A stretch of 64,000 nucleotides of DNA from a bacterium UBP13_UBA5359 (GCA_002410925.1 DHPR01000029.1:1-64000), one strand, 5' to 3'; counted from the stretch's first letter, positions 44,810 through 55,450 are shown. Translations and numbers: made by a program. The notes: generated by a model from the letters alone, not told the origin.

Positions 44810-45334
44810 TTAACCGTTCGAGTGCCGGATGGCATTGGACTCGCAAAAGATCTCTTCTACAGCGCGCCGTTTCTTAGTGGATACGGGCGGTAGGTCTTCA
44901 GCAGGATAGCCCAGCGGCGTCATGGCTACCACTCTGATTTCTTCCGGTATGCCAAGAGCTTCCTTGATCACCTTCTCTTTCAGCATACCCCCAGCTACCC
45001 AGCAGGTTCCAAGACCCTTATCAACAGCTGCCAAAAGCAGATGCTCCATAGCTATGGCCACATCCACCAGATAATAATCCTGTCCATTATTATGACCGGA
45101 TTCTGTCGGGATCCCGCAGGCAACTATACAGAGAGGAGCACCAAAATTATCTCCAGCTACGCGCTGCAGCATTTCCGGATCACGTACCAGTATAAAACGC
45201 CAGCACTGTCCGTTATTCCATGAAGGGGCCAAGCGTGCAGCCTCTATAATTTCTCCTATAACGCAGCCGCAGATCGGATCTTTTTTATACTTTCTGATAC
45301 TGCGCCTCTCTCTAATGGTTTGCATAAGCTCCAT
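44810..45334 (-). CDS. Nitroreductase family protein
   Basis: RRSIRKY, LAPSWNNGQCWRF, D..IA..HL.LAA...GLGTCW, LGYP. Confidence 0.93.
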   Translation of the reverse strand: MELMQTIRERRSIRKYKKDPICGCVIGEIIEAARLAPSWNNGQCWRFILVRDPEMLQRVAGDNFGAPLCIVACGIPTESGHNNGQDYYLVDVAIAMEHLLLAAVDKGLGTCWVAGGMLKEKVIKEALGIPEEIRVVAMTPLGYPAEDLPPVSTKKRRAVEEIFCESNAIRHSNG

Positions 45335-45376
45335 GAGTCATCCTCCATATATTAAATTATCAATATCTTTCTCTAT

Positions 45377-45402
45377 GTTCTGCCGGCCGGCCTCTTTTTC
45401 CT
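45377..45402 (-). promoter_or_regulatory. Sigma-H-like promoter
   Basis: AGGA-N18-GAAC. Confidence 0.35.
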
Positions 45403-45741
45403 GCTTCTGATAAGACTACCATCACTTTTTGAGATATGCCCCTTGCGGAGAAAAGTGATGGCGTATGCAGGCGAACGGATATGCAATCTTTATGCTACTT
45501 TAATCAAAAGCTATCAGAGGTAATCATTGACCGGCAAAGATTAGGCATGTTAAAATCTTTTCTTGAAGCGTGCAATCTCTCCTTCTTTCAGCGGCACCTT
45601 CGCTTTATCTGAAAAAAGCCTATGGAGGCAACATCCCTTGAGAGAAAGAAATGCTCTTCTTTTAATGTTGAGAAGTATATATGAAAAGGTTTTTCTCGTA
45701 ACAATTGAAATCATAGCATCCACATTGAGGAGGAAGATCAT

Positions 45742-46902
45742 ATGTATTACGGCGATATCTATAAAAAGGGACCCGAGCTGCCTGCCGGAAAAAGCTCATT
45801 ACCTCTCCCGGCGAACTTTAATGATATATTTGCAAACGGCCTTGATGCAATCTTTATCAACGAGCTTAAGGAGGATGGCCTTCCGGGCAAATTCGTGTAT
45901 ATCAACAATATCTTTTGCCAGCGCTCGGGGTATACCCGTGAAGAGCTCCTCTCTATGTCACAGCTTGAGCTTATGGATCAGGACACACAGATGGCTGCAT
46001 CTGATCTGGCCAGAGAACTTATGCTTAATGGAGGAATTCTTTTCGAGTCTTCATATATAGCCAAAGATGGCTGCAAGCTGATATCCGAAACCGGCATTCA
46101 TCGATTTAAATCCGGCAATAAGGATATGGCAGTCTCCATAGTCAGAGATATTTCCGGGCGCAGACAGAATGAGGAACGGATGCTACACGCTGTTAAGATG
46201 GAAACCGTCTGTAGATTGGCCGGCGGTATTGCGCATGAATTCAATAATATACTTATGGGCATTTCCGGTTATTCACAGTTAGCTCTCAGACGTCTGAAGG
46301 ATAATACCTCACTGGCAAGAGATCTGGAATTGATAAGCGAGCTCGCGGATCGTGCAGCCGAACTTACAAGACAACTGCTGACCTTTGCCGGGCGACAGCC
46401 CATCGATCCTTCTGATGCCGATATCAATGAAGTCGTCTCGGAAGCTGCCGGCATGCTTGGACATATAACGATAAGCCAGAATGCAGAATTAATACTAACA
46501 CTGACCGCTGAAACGGAAAAGATCCGGATTGATCGGAACCAGATAAAGCAGGTGCTGCTGAATATTGTTATCAATGCCTGCGATGCTATGCTTGCCGGAG
46601 GAAGAATCACTCTTAAAACCTCCGAAACCATCATTGCGCCTGAAACCCGGGTTTCAGTCACAGGCCTCAAGCCAGGCAGATATGTACAGCTTTCCGTTAC
46701 CGATACCGGTTGCGGCATGGATGAAGAGATCCGTCAACATATTTTTGAGCCTTTTTTTACCACCAGAGCCTGCGGCGAAGGTACCGGGTTAGGCCTGGCT
46801 ACAGCTCACAGCATAATTGAGCAGCATAAGGGCGGTATAGGGGTAACAAGCAAGCCGGGCAAGGGCACTACATTGGATATTTATTTGCCCCGCTCTGTTT
46901 GA
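45742..46902 (+). CDS. Soluble PAS-domain histidine kinase
   Basis: PAS (N..FC..SGYTREELL, VRDIS.R), H-box AGGIAHEFNN, N-box NIVINACDA, DTGCGM, FEPFFTT, GTGLGL. Confidence 0.93.
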   Translation: MYYGDIYKKGPELPAGKSSLPLPANFNDIFANGLDAIFINELKEDGLPGKFVYINNIFCQRSGYTREELLSMSQLELMDQDTQMAASDLARELMLNGGILFESSYIAKDGCKLISETGIHRFKSGNKDMAVSIVRDISGRRQNEERMLHAVKMETVCRLAGGIAHEFNNILMGISGYSQLALRRLKDNTSLARDLELISELADRAAELTRQLLTFAGRQPIDPSDADINEVVSEAAGMLGHITISQNAELILTLTAETEKIRIDRNQIKQVLLNIVINACDAMLAGGRITLKTSETIIAPETRVSVTGLKPGRYVQLSVTDTGCGMDEEIRQHIFEPFFTTRACGEGTGLGLATAHSIIEQHKGGIGVTSKPGKGTTLDIYLPRSV

Positions 46903-46908
46903 AATCGA

Positions 46909-47526
46909 TCAGCTCTGCCTGCGCAGATAAGCTTCTTTGACATATTCAGGCTTGAACCTCCATTTGACGCCTACCTTTATGCCTTTAAGTTCTCCCCGTG
47001 ATATCATTCTATAAACCGTTTGCACAGAAACATTGAGATAAGAAGCTACCTCCTGCAGGCTCATCAGCTTATCATGAGTATCGCCATATGCTTCTCGGCC
47101 ATCCAACAGCGTTTCCTTACCGGATTCGCTGGCCACAGAGATTACCCGCAGCCGATTACGCTGTGTATGCCGGTAAAGGGTACGCCAAATAATTTTGCAA
47201 AGGATATCAGGGCTGAACGGCTTGGTCAAAAAATCTGATACCCCTCGACGCATAGCAGCTATGACGTTTTCTTCACTGGGATATCCGGTAATCATCACTA
47301 CCGGCAAATTATAATTCTCATCGATGTATCCGGCCAGAAAGATACCGTCGGCGCCTGGCATCTTTATATCCGTCACCACCAAATCAAAAGCCTGCTTTTT
47401 CAATAGTTCTATAGCCGCGTCGCTATCGGTGGCTATTTCAACTTCAAAGCCTTCTTCCGAGAGATAGCTTACCAATAATTTCCTGATAACTCTTTCATCA
47501 TCGACTACCAGGATTCGCTCCGCCAT
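46909..47526 (-). CDS. Response regulator with C-terminal excisionase-type HTH
   Basis: ILVVDDE, TDIKMP, ITG, FLTKPF; then LMSLQEVASYLNVSVQTVYRMI.RGELKGIKVG..WRF. Confidence 0.9.
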   Translation of the reverse strand: MAERILVVDDERVIRKLLVSYLSEEGFEVEIATDSDAAIELLKKQAFDLVVTDIKMPGADGIFLAGYIDENYNLPVVMITGYPSEENVIAAMRRGVSDFLTKPFSPDILCKIIWRTLYRHTQRNRLRVISVASESGKETLLDGREAYGDTHDKLMSLQEVASYLNVSVQTVYRMISRGELKGIKVGVKWRFKPEYVKEAYLRRQS

Positions 47527-47605
47527 TAATCATCATCCTTAATGATAGAAACATCCGGTTTATTCCCATTTTACTAAGGCCGCCATTTGCCGTCAATGGG
47601 AGGTA

Positions 47606-48091
47606 TCACTCACCAAAGAGCTCTATGCCTTTTTTAGCCAGATTAAGACCCAATTTACGACAACGATCAGCATCAAAGCCCTCAGGGCTTTTACGTGAGA
47701 CGGCCCCAAAGTGAGTGGGCGGCGCCCCGGTGACTACGCCACCGGAGTATATCAGCATGCCTCGGACCAGCAGACCCTGAATCATATTGATCTCGGTCAG
47801 CTCATATCCGCCGCCGCCTGGCCAGGCAGCCGAGGCAAAAACCCCGGCCAGCTTTCCTTCCATACTGACAGGCAGAGTATCGATGCATTTCTTCATCTGC
47901 CAGCTCATGGTGCCATAGTAAGTAGGAGAGCCAAAGGCAACCACTGCGGCCTCATGCAAGGCATCCTCATTGAGATCTTCCACCGGCATAAGTATCACCT
48001 GCACAAGCTCTCCGGCTCCCTCCGCTACCAATTCTGCCATATTGCGCGTATTTCCCGTTTCCGAGTGATAAATTATCGCCATCTTGAGCAT
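47606..48091 (-). CDS. Flavodoxin / WrbA-like flavoprotein
   Basis: IIYHSETGNT, FGSPTYYG, GKLAGVF.S. Confidence 0.88.
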   Translation of the reverse strand: MLKMAIIYHSETGNTRNMAELVAEGAGELVQVILMPVEDLNEDALHEAAVVAFGSPTYYGTMSWQMKKCIDTLPVSMEGKLAGVFASAAWPGGGGYELTEINMIQGLLVRGMLIYSGGVVTGAPPTHFGAVSRKSPEGFDADRCRKLGLNLAKKGIELFGE

Positions 48092-48213
48092 ACTCTCTCC
48101 TCCTCGGGCCGCCTGCGGCGGTTGTTTGTTGTTGGTCTCCAGCAGAGCCCTTTGGATCGGCGCTCTTCGAGCGCTGTCATTGCTACTGAAAGGCACAAAT
48201 TATACCATTGCAG

Positions 48214-49374
48214 CTAGCCTGAAGGCAGATGCCAATCTTCCGGGCCCACAGTTACCGGCATTCCCAACCTAACTGATTCCAACATCTTCATGGCCAATCT
48301 GTTAACCGGCACAGCACTTTCCACATCACAGGGATTCTCTCCTCTGCCCTCGATATGATCCAAAAAGCGATCAAGCTGCTGATAATGCCCCTTGTTAACA
48401 TTTAGCCACCTGGCAGTCTCTCCGACAGCACCTGCCCGTATCCGCTCTGCTTCAATGCTCTTCATATATCCTGTCATGCCCTGTTCCGTCGCCCATTCAC
48501 AGCCTTCAGCATACGGAAAAGTCTTTACAGCAAGTTCATCAGCCAGGCCGCACTGCCTTACTTCTATATGCTGATCCATAGCTACGGTTATATTATTGGT
48601 CGTAGCCTCAAATAGTTCCTTGGGGTAATCGAAGTTACCTACCATAGTATGCTGCAAAGTAGTGATGGAACCATCATTGAATTTTATCAGTAGAGTAAAA
48701 TTACCTCGGACGGAACCTTCTGCAAATACACGCACGGGATAAGCATTATTAAGCCAGAGAGCCAAGTCAATAAAATGCACCATCTCAGAAAACATTATGC
48801 CTTCATCATCCCAGAATATCCAGTCTTTCCAGCTTCTGACATCATCATTTATCCGCATCAATATCTGCAACTGGCTCTCCTCCGGCAACGGCGCTCTGCC
48901 CCCGGAGCGGTCAACGGTGGGCTTGGTAGCTGCCATCTTGCCTGACCTGGCTCTATCCAGCAATCTCTTGAACTCCAGCATAGCCGGGCTAGATCGGCGA
49001 TTATGTCCCACGCATACCGGCACGCCGGTGTGACGGGAAACCTTGACGATATTCACCATCTCCTGCCGGCTGGGCGCCAGAGGCTTCTCGGTATAAACAG
49101 GCTGGCCGGCTTCCAGAGCCGGAACTATGAACTCACCCCTCAGGTTGGTATGGGTAGCCAGTACAAACAGGTCTATATCCTTGTCGTTTATAAGCTTGTG
49201 CCAGTCCGTTTCCGCTCTGTCGGCGCAGAACTTCTCCCGGCACATTTGTGCCGTAGCCGCATCCAGGTCACAGGCTACCGCCAGTTTAAAACGCGGATTT
49301 TTCCATATATTAGGTAAGTGAGCTTGTTGAGCCAGTGCTCCACAACCTACCATGGCTACACTGTGTATCTTCAT
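48214..49374 (-). CDS. Gfo/Idh/MocA oxidoreductase
   Basis: VGCGALA, YTEKPLA, VGHNRR.SP, HFID. Confidence 0.9.
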   Translation of the reverse strand: MKIHSVAMVGCGALAQQAHLPNIWKNPRFKLAVACDLDAATAQMCREKFCADRAETDWHKLINDKDIDLFVLATHTNLRGEFIVPALEAGQPVYTEKPLAPSRQEMVNIVKVSRHTGVPVCVGHNRRSSPAMLEFKRLLDRARSGKMAATKPTVDRSGGRAPLPEESQLQILMRINDDVRSWKDWIFWDDEGIMFSEMVHFIDLALWLNNAYPVRVFAEGSVRGNFTLLIKFNDGSITTLQHTMVGNFDYPKELFEATTNNITVAMDQHIEVRQCGLADELAVKTFPYAEGCEWATEQGMTGYMKSIEAERIRAGAVGETARWLNVNKGHYQQLDRFLDHIEGRGENPCDVESAVPVNRLAMKMLESVRLGMPVTVGPEDWHLPSG

Positions 49375-49514
49375 CGCCTCTTAACTCCTTTAGCAAAGAA
49401 TATTACTTTAACTATAATACTATATACCAAATGCAATGAAAACCCGCTGATAGGATTTAGGATTTTTCCTTACCCTTCCTCCTCATGCTATAATCTTAAA
49501 GTTGGAGGTATTGT

Positions 49515-50102
49515 ATGCTTCTGGAATTATTTAAAGTCTTTCTCCGCATCGGCGGCTTCACTATCGGCGGCGGATTGGCTATGCTTCCGCTTATACAAGC
49601 AGAGATCGTCAATCGGAAAAAGTGGTTGGCAGAGGAAGAATTCTTCGATATGGTCTGCCTGACACAATCCTTTCCCGGCGTTATAGCCGTTAATATGGCT
49701 ATTATGACAGGCTATCGGCTGGCCGGAATACCCGGCATGCTGGTGAGTGTCGTCGGAGTCATTATCATTCCTTTTCTGGCTATGCTGCTTGTCGCCGTTT
49801 ATCTTTTCAGATATATACAGCTGCCCGGCGTAACCTCTTTCATGAAGGGAGCCGTGGCCGGAGTCCTGGCCATCATTACCGGAGTTGTCCTGAAACTGGC
49901 ATCCCGAATTACGCGCAACACAGGGTCCATATTGTCGGCGCTCATATTTTTGGCTTTGTCCCTGCTAGGAATCAAAGTAATCTATATTATTATTCTGGCT
50001 ATTGCAATCGGCCTGCTGGGATATTATGTACCGTCGGTGGGCACCCGCCTGGGGCTGGATGTCCTCTATCCCGATACTAGCAGCGGGGGTGAAGAGCTGT
50101 GA
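49515..50102 (+). CDS. chrA: Short-chain chromate transporter, subunit 1
   Basis: FLRIGGFTIGGG, QSFPG...N.A...GY. Confidence 0.9.
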   Translation: MLLELFKVFLRIGGFTIGGGLAMLPLIQAEIVNRKKWLAEEEFFDMVCLTQSFPGVIAVNMAIMTGYRLAGIPGMLVSVVGVIIIPFLAMLLVAVYLFRYIQLPGVTSFMKGAVAGVLAIITGVVLKLASRITRNTGSILSALIFLALSLLGIKVIYIIILAIAIGLLGYYVPSVGTRLGLDVLYPDTSSGGEEL

Positions 50103-50626
50103 TTTTGCTGTTGAGCGTCCTGTGGACGTTCTTCAAAATCGGCCTCTTTGCTTACGGCGGGGGCTATGCCGCCGTGGCTCTAATCATCAGTGAGGTGATA
50201 AATACCCGGCATTGGATAACAAGCACCGATTTCCTTCAGATACTCACTCTGGCAGAGATAACGCCAGGTCCCATCGCCATCAACACAGCCACTTTTGTGG
50301 GTTATCAGATAGCCGGCCTGCCGGGATCGGTCGTAGCTACATTGAGTATCATTTTACCATCACTGATACTGGTGACCACCGCTTTCCACTTTTACCGCAG
50401 AATTGAAAACCTGGCCCAAATAAAAAGCATCATGTCCGCTTTACGCCCAGCCGTGCTGGCCGTCCTGATATCAGCTGTCATTAGCCTGGTCAAACCGGCT
50501 TTGACCTCCGCCGGGCCGATAATCATTTTCGCCGCCATTCTGCCGGCTTACCTGCGATTCAAGCTGCATCCGCTGTTTCTCATCCTGCTGGCAGGATTGG
50601 CAGGACTGATTATAGGCCTGCCTTGA
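50099..50626 (+). CDS. chrA: Short-chain chromate transporter, subunit 2
   Basis: FFKIGLFAYGGGY, TPGPIAINTATFVG. GTGA overlap. Confidence 0.9.
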   Translation: MILLLSVLWTFFKIGLFAYGGGYAAVALIISEVINTRHWITSTDFLQILTLAEITPGPIAINTATFVGYQIAGLPGSVVATLSIILPSLILVTTAFHFYRRIENLAQIKSIMSALRPAVLAVLISAVISLVKPALTSAGPIIIFAAILPAYLRFKLHPLFLILLAGLAGLIIGLP

Positions 50627-50867
50627 TATCGATATCGTAACGGAAGCCGTCTCCATTGCCCCGCAATTTATCGTTGATCAAAGAAGCGATACGATCTCTA
50701 TCCTTTTCTATTTTCACAGCGCTGTTCTCGTTTCCCATTTTATGAGCTGTTCTGGGGCCGGTCAGATTGAGTTTGATCCTGATCGCTGTGCCGCCTTCTC
50801 TCAGCTTCTTCAATACCCGGCTGGATCTCATATTAGTGTTTTCCATATTAACAAGACCTTGTTTCAT
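50610..50867 (-). pseudogene. Probable N-terminal remnant of an HpcH/HpaI-family aldolase
   Basis: MRSSRVLKKLREG....IKLNL resembles the start of such aldolases; the resemblance stops after about 30 aa. Confidence 0.45.
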
Positions 50868-50896
50868 CTAACACTCTCCAGCTTTGACGAATAGCA

Positions 50897-51922
50897 CTAA
50901 GGCAACTCCAGCTCTGCAAAGTAAACATCATTCGGCGTCAGCAGGCTCCCTTGATTATATGGCGCCTTAGCCTCCAGCCGGAAAGGCGGAGGCACTACGC
51001 CCATATGATAGGCATGCTGTGAATAATAACTCAAGCAGACTCGGCCCTCAGGGTCCACAACCATACCAGGATATGCACAATCTCCGGTCGCCGGTATGCA
51101 CAGCACTCGTTCGACCTGACCTTGCTCCACCCGCCACACGCCCAAACTAGCCCGGTCCAAGAAGGGAAAGGTATCATCTCCTTCTATATCGGCCATACGC
51201 CGCCCGGAAAGGTAGACTTCGCCTTGATACTCGGTCATAACGGGACAGTGAATGGTTGTCGGCAGATAAACTATTTCCCAGTCTGTGTACGGCGGCTGGG
51301 CAATAGCCATAACGCTTTGCCCTGGCCTAACTTCACTGCGAGATATCAGCCATGCCTCACCATCATTACGGAAGAAGATATCCGCTTCATTCATACCATC
51401 ATGGGGATCTCCTATATAGGCTAACGGCTGCCAATGCAGCAAGTCTGAAGAGGTCATTATTTCCAAGCGCCACCATCTCTCTTTAAGCTCGCTGCTGTTG
51501 AAAGAATACACCAGACCGTAGAAAAGTTCTGCATGCCGGCGCACTCGCCACAACCAGTGATTAGCGGGCAAAATAGGCACCGGTTCCTGCCAGATAAAAC
51601 CATCCGAAGAGAACGATACATATTGCTGTAGATTTCTTTTCTCACTGCCACCAATCCAACTGGGAAAGACCATGGATAAATGCTCTTCATCCAGGCAAAT
51701 CAGCTTGGGGTCTCGGTTGTCGCCAGGCATTTTGACCCGCGCTGCTTCCCGAAAGCGAGTACGATCTACCGATACCGACAGCACCGCCTCGCCGTCTATC
51801 GAAATATGCCCTGCTCCTTTTCTGTAACTGACCCAATAAGCTCCCTGCCAATAAGCCAGGTCGGTAAATGCGTTATGCATCCCATCCCTGACTACGGTAA
51901 CTTGCCTCAGTATGCGTGCCAT
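50897..51922 (-). CDS. Beta-propeller (sialidase/GH32-like fold) hypothetical protein
   Basis: HNAFTDL, DNRDPKL, Asp-box-like SSDGFIW and SSDLLHW, NEA, GDCAYPG, SYYS.H. Confidence 0.7.
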   Translation of the reverse strand: MARILRQVTVVRDGMHNAFTDLAYWQGAYWVSYRKGAGHISIDGEAVLSVSVDRTRFREAARVKMPGDNRDPKLICLDEEHLSMVFPSWIGGSEKRNLQQYVSFSSDGFIWQEPVPILPANHWLWRVRRHAELFYGLVYSFNSSELKERWWRLEIMTSSDLLHWQPLAYIGDPHDGMNEADIFFRNDGEAWLISRSEVRPGQSVMAIAQPPYTDWEIVYLPTTIHCPVMTEYQGEVYLSGRRMADIEGDDTFPFLDRASLGVWRVEQGQVERVLCIPATGDCAYPGMVVDPEGRVCLSYYSQHAYHMGVVPPPFRLEAKAPYNQGSLLTPNDVYFAELELP

Positions 51923-52237
51923 TCAAGCACCTCCTTTGTTTACTAACTTTAGTTGTTTCTTTAAGGAAAAGTTCTTTGCAGCTCCCTGACATTCTCCGGC
52001 ACGGCATCCCGGCCTGCCTCCGCTTATCTTCTCCAGATATTCAGCCAATTCCTGAGCTGCAAATAGCTCTCTTGCAGCAGCCTGCGGCGATACAACGATA
52101 ACGGATACGGCTTGACCGTTAGCCACTAATTTCACTGTATCATCGGCTGCCGCTATACCACCGCTCAAAGCTACCATCAATCCGGCTATCCATAGAACTG
52201 CTACAGCCGTTCTCACGTTTTGTCGCCTGTTAATCAT
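51923..52237 (-). pseudogene. Truncated secreted protein (N-domain of DUF4838 / GH20-GH67-type enzymes)
   Basis: Signal peptide plus LVANG...IVV......ELFAAQELAEYLEKISG, then an early stop. Confidence 0.6.
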
Positions 52238-52290
52238 TGTTTGCTGTCCCTTTCCACTACTTCTCTCGGCAGCAGCAACTCTCATTGAAG

Positions 52291-53556
52291 TCAGATTTCC
52301 TTCTCTGTTACCATCTCAACACTACCTTTTCTGCGGGCACGCTCAGCAGCAAAAACTATCAAGTGGCTTTCCAGGGATACCTTCGGACCAGAAATTACCC
52401 TGGAAGGGTCCGAACTCCTCACCGCAGATAAAAACTCTCGGATCAATCCTATATCTCCCCCGCCATGCCCGCTGGTTATCAGGCCGTCACCGATATCCAC
52501 CTCGATATTGCTTATCCTGTCATTCAGAAAATCAAAGTAATCTATTCCCTGATCGGTGCATCTCAGCGTTCCCTGATCTCCCATAATAAGCAACTCCCTG
52601 CTGCCGGATTTAGTAAATCCCGACATGGTAAACGAAGCTGTGGCTCCGCCGGAGAACTCCATGTTGACTACCTGATGATCGACCACATCGTTATCACAGG
52701 CAAAGACACAACGGCCGTACGGTCCTGTCTGCAGCGCTTTTAATACCGTCCCGGGAGCAGCTTCCGGCGTAAGCACATTGACCGGCCATTTATCCAGGCT
52801 ATACTTCCTGTCACGCAGATATATTTTAAGAGCTGAATAAGCACAGGATCCCTCTATCTCCGCAGGGCAATCAGTACAGCGGTCTGCGGCTCCCTCCGGT
52901 TGATTGGCACCTATAAAATACGATAAATCACCGAAGGATGAGACTCTAACACACCTTCCCGGCATGAAGTAATTTATGAGATCAATATCATGGCAGGACT
53001 TTGCCAGCAGCATGGGCGTAGACTGTCCCTCATTGCGCCAGTTTCCCCGGACAAAGGAATGAGCCTGATGCCAGTAGCCTACCGGTTCAAGAAGTTGTAT
53101 GCTTCTTATCCTTCCTATTGCTCCCTTGTCTAGCATTTCCTTGATCTTTCGATTGAAGGGTGTATACCGCAACACATGGCAGACAGCCAATATAATACCA
53201 TTTCTTTCAGCCGCTTCATGAATATCGAGGCAAGACTGCAGATCCGGTGCCATAGGTTTCTCCAGCATTATGTGATACCCCTTATCAGCCAGTAATACAG
53301 CTGGATCTCGATGCCCTTTGTCTTGGGTGCAGATAAAGACGGCATCAGCCAGACGCGGCTTATCCAGTACTTCACGCCAGTCGGCAAAACGCCGTTCCTC
53401 CGGAATCGAGAACCGGTCGCCAAAGGTATGTCTTAAACGATCCTGCGGTTCACAGACTGCCATAATCTCGCCCTCAGATGGATAGCACTCAAAATAAGCG
53501 GCATAGCCCACACCTCTCTGACCAGCACCTACAACCATGATCCGGACTTTATTCAC
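52291..53556 (-). CDS. Gfo/Idh/MocA oxidoreductase
   Basis: VGAGQRG, LEKPMA, CHVLRY, HSFVRGNWR, LLAKSCHD.D, YGRCV..CDNDVVDHQ, GHGGGD. GTG start behind GGAGG. Confidence 0.92.
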   Translation of the reverse strand: MNKVRIMVVGAGQRGVGYAAYFECYPSEGEIMAVCEPQDRLRHTFGDRFSIPEERRFADWREVLDKPRLADAVFICTQDKGHRDPAVLLADKGYHIMLEKPMAPDLQSCLDIHEAAERNGIILAVCHVLRYTPFNRKIKEMLDKGAIGRIRSIQLLEPVGYWHQAHSFVRGNWRNEGQSTPMLLAKSCHDIDLINYFMPGRCVRVSSFGDLSYFIGANQPEGAADRCTDCPAEIEGSCAYSALKIYLRDRKYSLDKWPVNVLTPEAAPGTVLKALQTGPYGRCVFACDNDVVDHQVVNMEFSGGATASFTMSGFTKSGSRELLIMGDQGTLRCTDQGIDYFDFLNDRISNIEVDIGDGLITSGHGGGDIGLIREFLSAVRSSDPSRVISGPKVSLESHLIVFAAERARRKGSVEMVTEKEI

Positions 53557-53560
53557 AACT

Positions 53561-53680
53561 TTATTCCTCCGATATTTTCCAATTGCTGATGGCACCTATC
53601 CAGCCGTTGCAGTCCAGCAAGACGATATCTATGCCATACTTGGTAATCCGCCGATATTGCGGCCTCGTTTTGGCCCCGAA
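53561..53680 (-). pseudogene. Possible internal fragment of a uroporphyrinogen-decarboxylase-family protein
   Basis: Manual translation ...PQYRRITKYGIDIVLLDCNGWI... resembles a P.Y.RI...GID.I..DCDG.I motif. Confidence 0.3.
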
Positions 53681-53704
53681 GGCACGAGAAAGGCAACTGC
53701 AGTC

Positions 53705-55450
53705 TCACCATATATGCCTGTCCGCAAAGCAAACTACAGGCTCTTTCTTGCCGTGCAACTCAAAGACAACGATCTCGTTCATGCCTTTATGAAGAAGCGG
53801 CGCAGGTATATAAAGTGTCTTCTGAGGACCTATGCTCCAATACCGCCCCAAATTGAAACCGTTTATATATACGATACCCTTGTTCCAACCTTCCATATTC
53901 AGGAACGTATCAGCAGGTTCGTTCAGCGTAAACATACCTTTGTAGAAGACAGGCCCTTCTGAACATGCTACAGGACCGTAATCCAAGCAGGATATATCAT
54001 CCAAAGGAAGCGGATAAACATTCCAGCCAAACTGGATTTGATAATTAAGAAGAACTCTTTCCGTGATTCCCTTCATATCCCATAAAAACGGCCCATAATT
54101 GACACGGCCCATATTTTCCACCAGGATTTTCAAGTTTGCTTTCCCTGACGGAACATTAAGCTCCAAGCACTTGTCATCGTTGTTTCTGTCAATTATCCCG
54201 GTATATTTATCATTGAGATATATGAGCGCTCTGTCATGCACATCCTGTATTTTCAAAAGCTTATTGCCACCTGTTATCCCGGTAAGAAAGCACTCGTAAA
54301 GTATGAAACCGTAGTCCTGCCCCAGGTTTTCCATCGGCACCGGATATGCCATATTTACAGGCGTAGAAATATGAGTCAACGAATCAAAGAGCCGTGCTTG
54401 ATGAGTCAAAATAACCGTTCCGTAATTCTTCTTGATGGAAGGCTTCGGCAAGTCCGTAAAATTCGTATGAAAATGCCGCCGTATCATATCCCGGACAGCA
54501 TAATACTTATCCGTAGGATCGCCGGCTTCATCTAGAAGAGCATCATAATCATAGCTTGTAGTTACAGGCTCGTATTCCCCACAATGATTCGCTCCATTGT
54601 AAAAGGCGAAATTCGTTCCCCCGTGAAACATATAGAAATTAACCGAAGCACCGATGGAAAGCATCTTATCCAGTACATCTGCGACATCGCCGACATCTCT
54701 CTTTTTATGCTCTTTTCCCCAATGGTCAAACCAGCCGAGCCAAAATTCTGCACACATCAAAGGACCCTCGGCTTGGTATTTCTCTTTGAACTTTTTAAAC
54801 ACGTCCTCGGGCTTAGAACCGAAATTCAACGTTTTTAGTGCCCCGTCCAAAGTTCCCCCAAGCATCTGCTGTTCATCCAATCCATCCGATGTAAACAGAA
54901 GCACATCGACGCCTCTCCCAAGCAAAGCATTTTTCAGGTACTCCATATATTTCACATCGTTGCCATAGCTGCCATATTCATTTTCTACCTGGACGGCGAT
55001 AACCGGCCCGCCTTTGGTGCATTGGAGGGGCGTCAGTTTGGGAAGCAATACATCATAGTATATATCCACTCTATCCAGAAAGGGTTTATTGAAGCAACGC
55101 AGTCGCATATCCGGATCGGCAAGCAGCCATGACGGCAACCCTCCCAAGTCCCATTCTGCACATATATATGGAGATGGCCGAAGAATAACCCATAACCCCA
55201 TATCTCCGGCAATTTTTATAAATCTTTCTATATCTGCAAATCCTTCGTAGTTAAAGACACTTGGCCTTGGCTCGTGCAGATTCCAGGGCACATAAGTTTC
55301 AACGGTATTGAGCCCGCATGCCTTCAATTTAAGCAGCCTGTCTTCCCAATACTGTGGAACCACACGAAAATAGTGTATCGCTCCGGACAGTATTGTAACC
55401 GGACTGCCGTTATATACAAAGTTATCACCCAAAATACTGAATCTACTCAT
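53705..55450 (-). CDS. GH35 beta-galactosidase
   Basis: SGAIHYFR, ETYVPWNLHEP, CAEW, QVENEYG, EFW.GWFDHW, YMFHGGTNF, TSYDYDA. Confidence 0.95.
   Translation of the reverse strand: MSRFSILGDNFVYNGSPVTILSGAIHYFRVVPQYWEDRLLKLKACGLNTVETYVPWNLHEPRPSVFNYEGFADIERFIKIAGDMGLWVILRPSPYICAEWDLGGLPSWLLADPDMRLRCFNKPFLDRVDIYYDVLLPKLTPLQCTKGGPVIAVQVENEYGSYGNDVKYMEYLKNALLGRGVDVLLFTSDGLDEQQMLGGTLDGALKTLNFGSKPEDVFKKFKEKYQAEGPLMCAEFWLGWFDHWGKEHKKRDVGDVADVLDKMLSIGASVNFYMFHGGTNFAFYNGANHCGEYEPVTTSYDYDALLDEAGDPTDKYYAVRDMIRRHFHTNFTDLPKPSIKKNYGTVILTHQARLFDSLTHISTPVNMAYPVPMENLGQDYGFILYECFLTGITGGNKLLKIQDVHDRALIYLNDKYTGIIDRNNDDKCLELNVPSGKANLKILVENMGRVNYGPFLWDMKGITERVLLNYQIQFGWNVYPLPLDDISCLDYGPVACSEGPVFYKGMFTLNEPADTFLNMEGWNKGIVYINGFNLGRYWSIGPQKTLYIPAPLLHKGMNEIVVFELHGKKEPVVCFADRHIW

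Noticed and set aside
45419-45461. Inverted repeat CCATCACTTTT-N21-AAAAGTGATGG between divergent genes
   Set aside because: Could be an operator, but it is a single instance with no assignable regulator.
46909-47100. Excisionase suggesting a prophage or integrative element
   Set aside because: The HTH is fused to a receiver domain, and no integrase, att site or phage gene is present.
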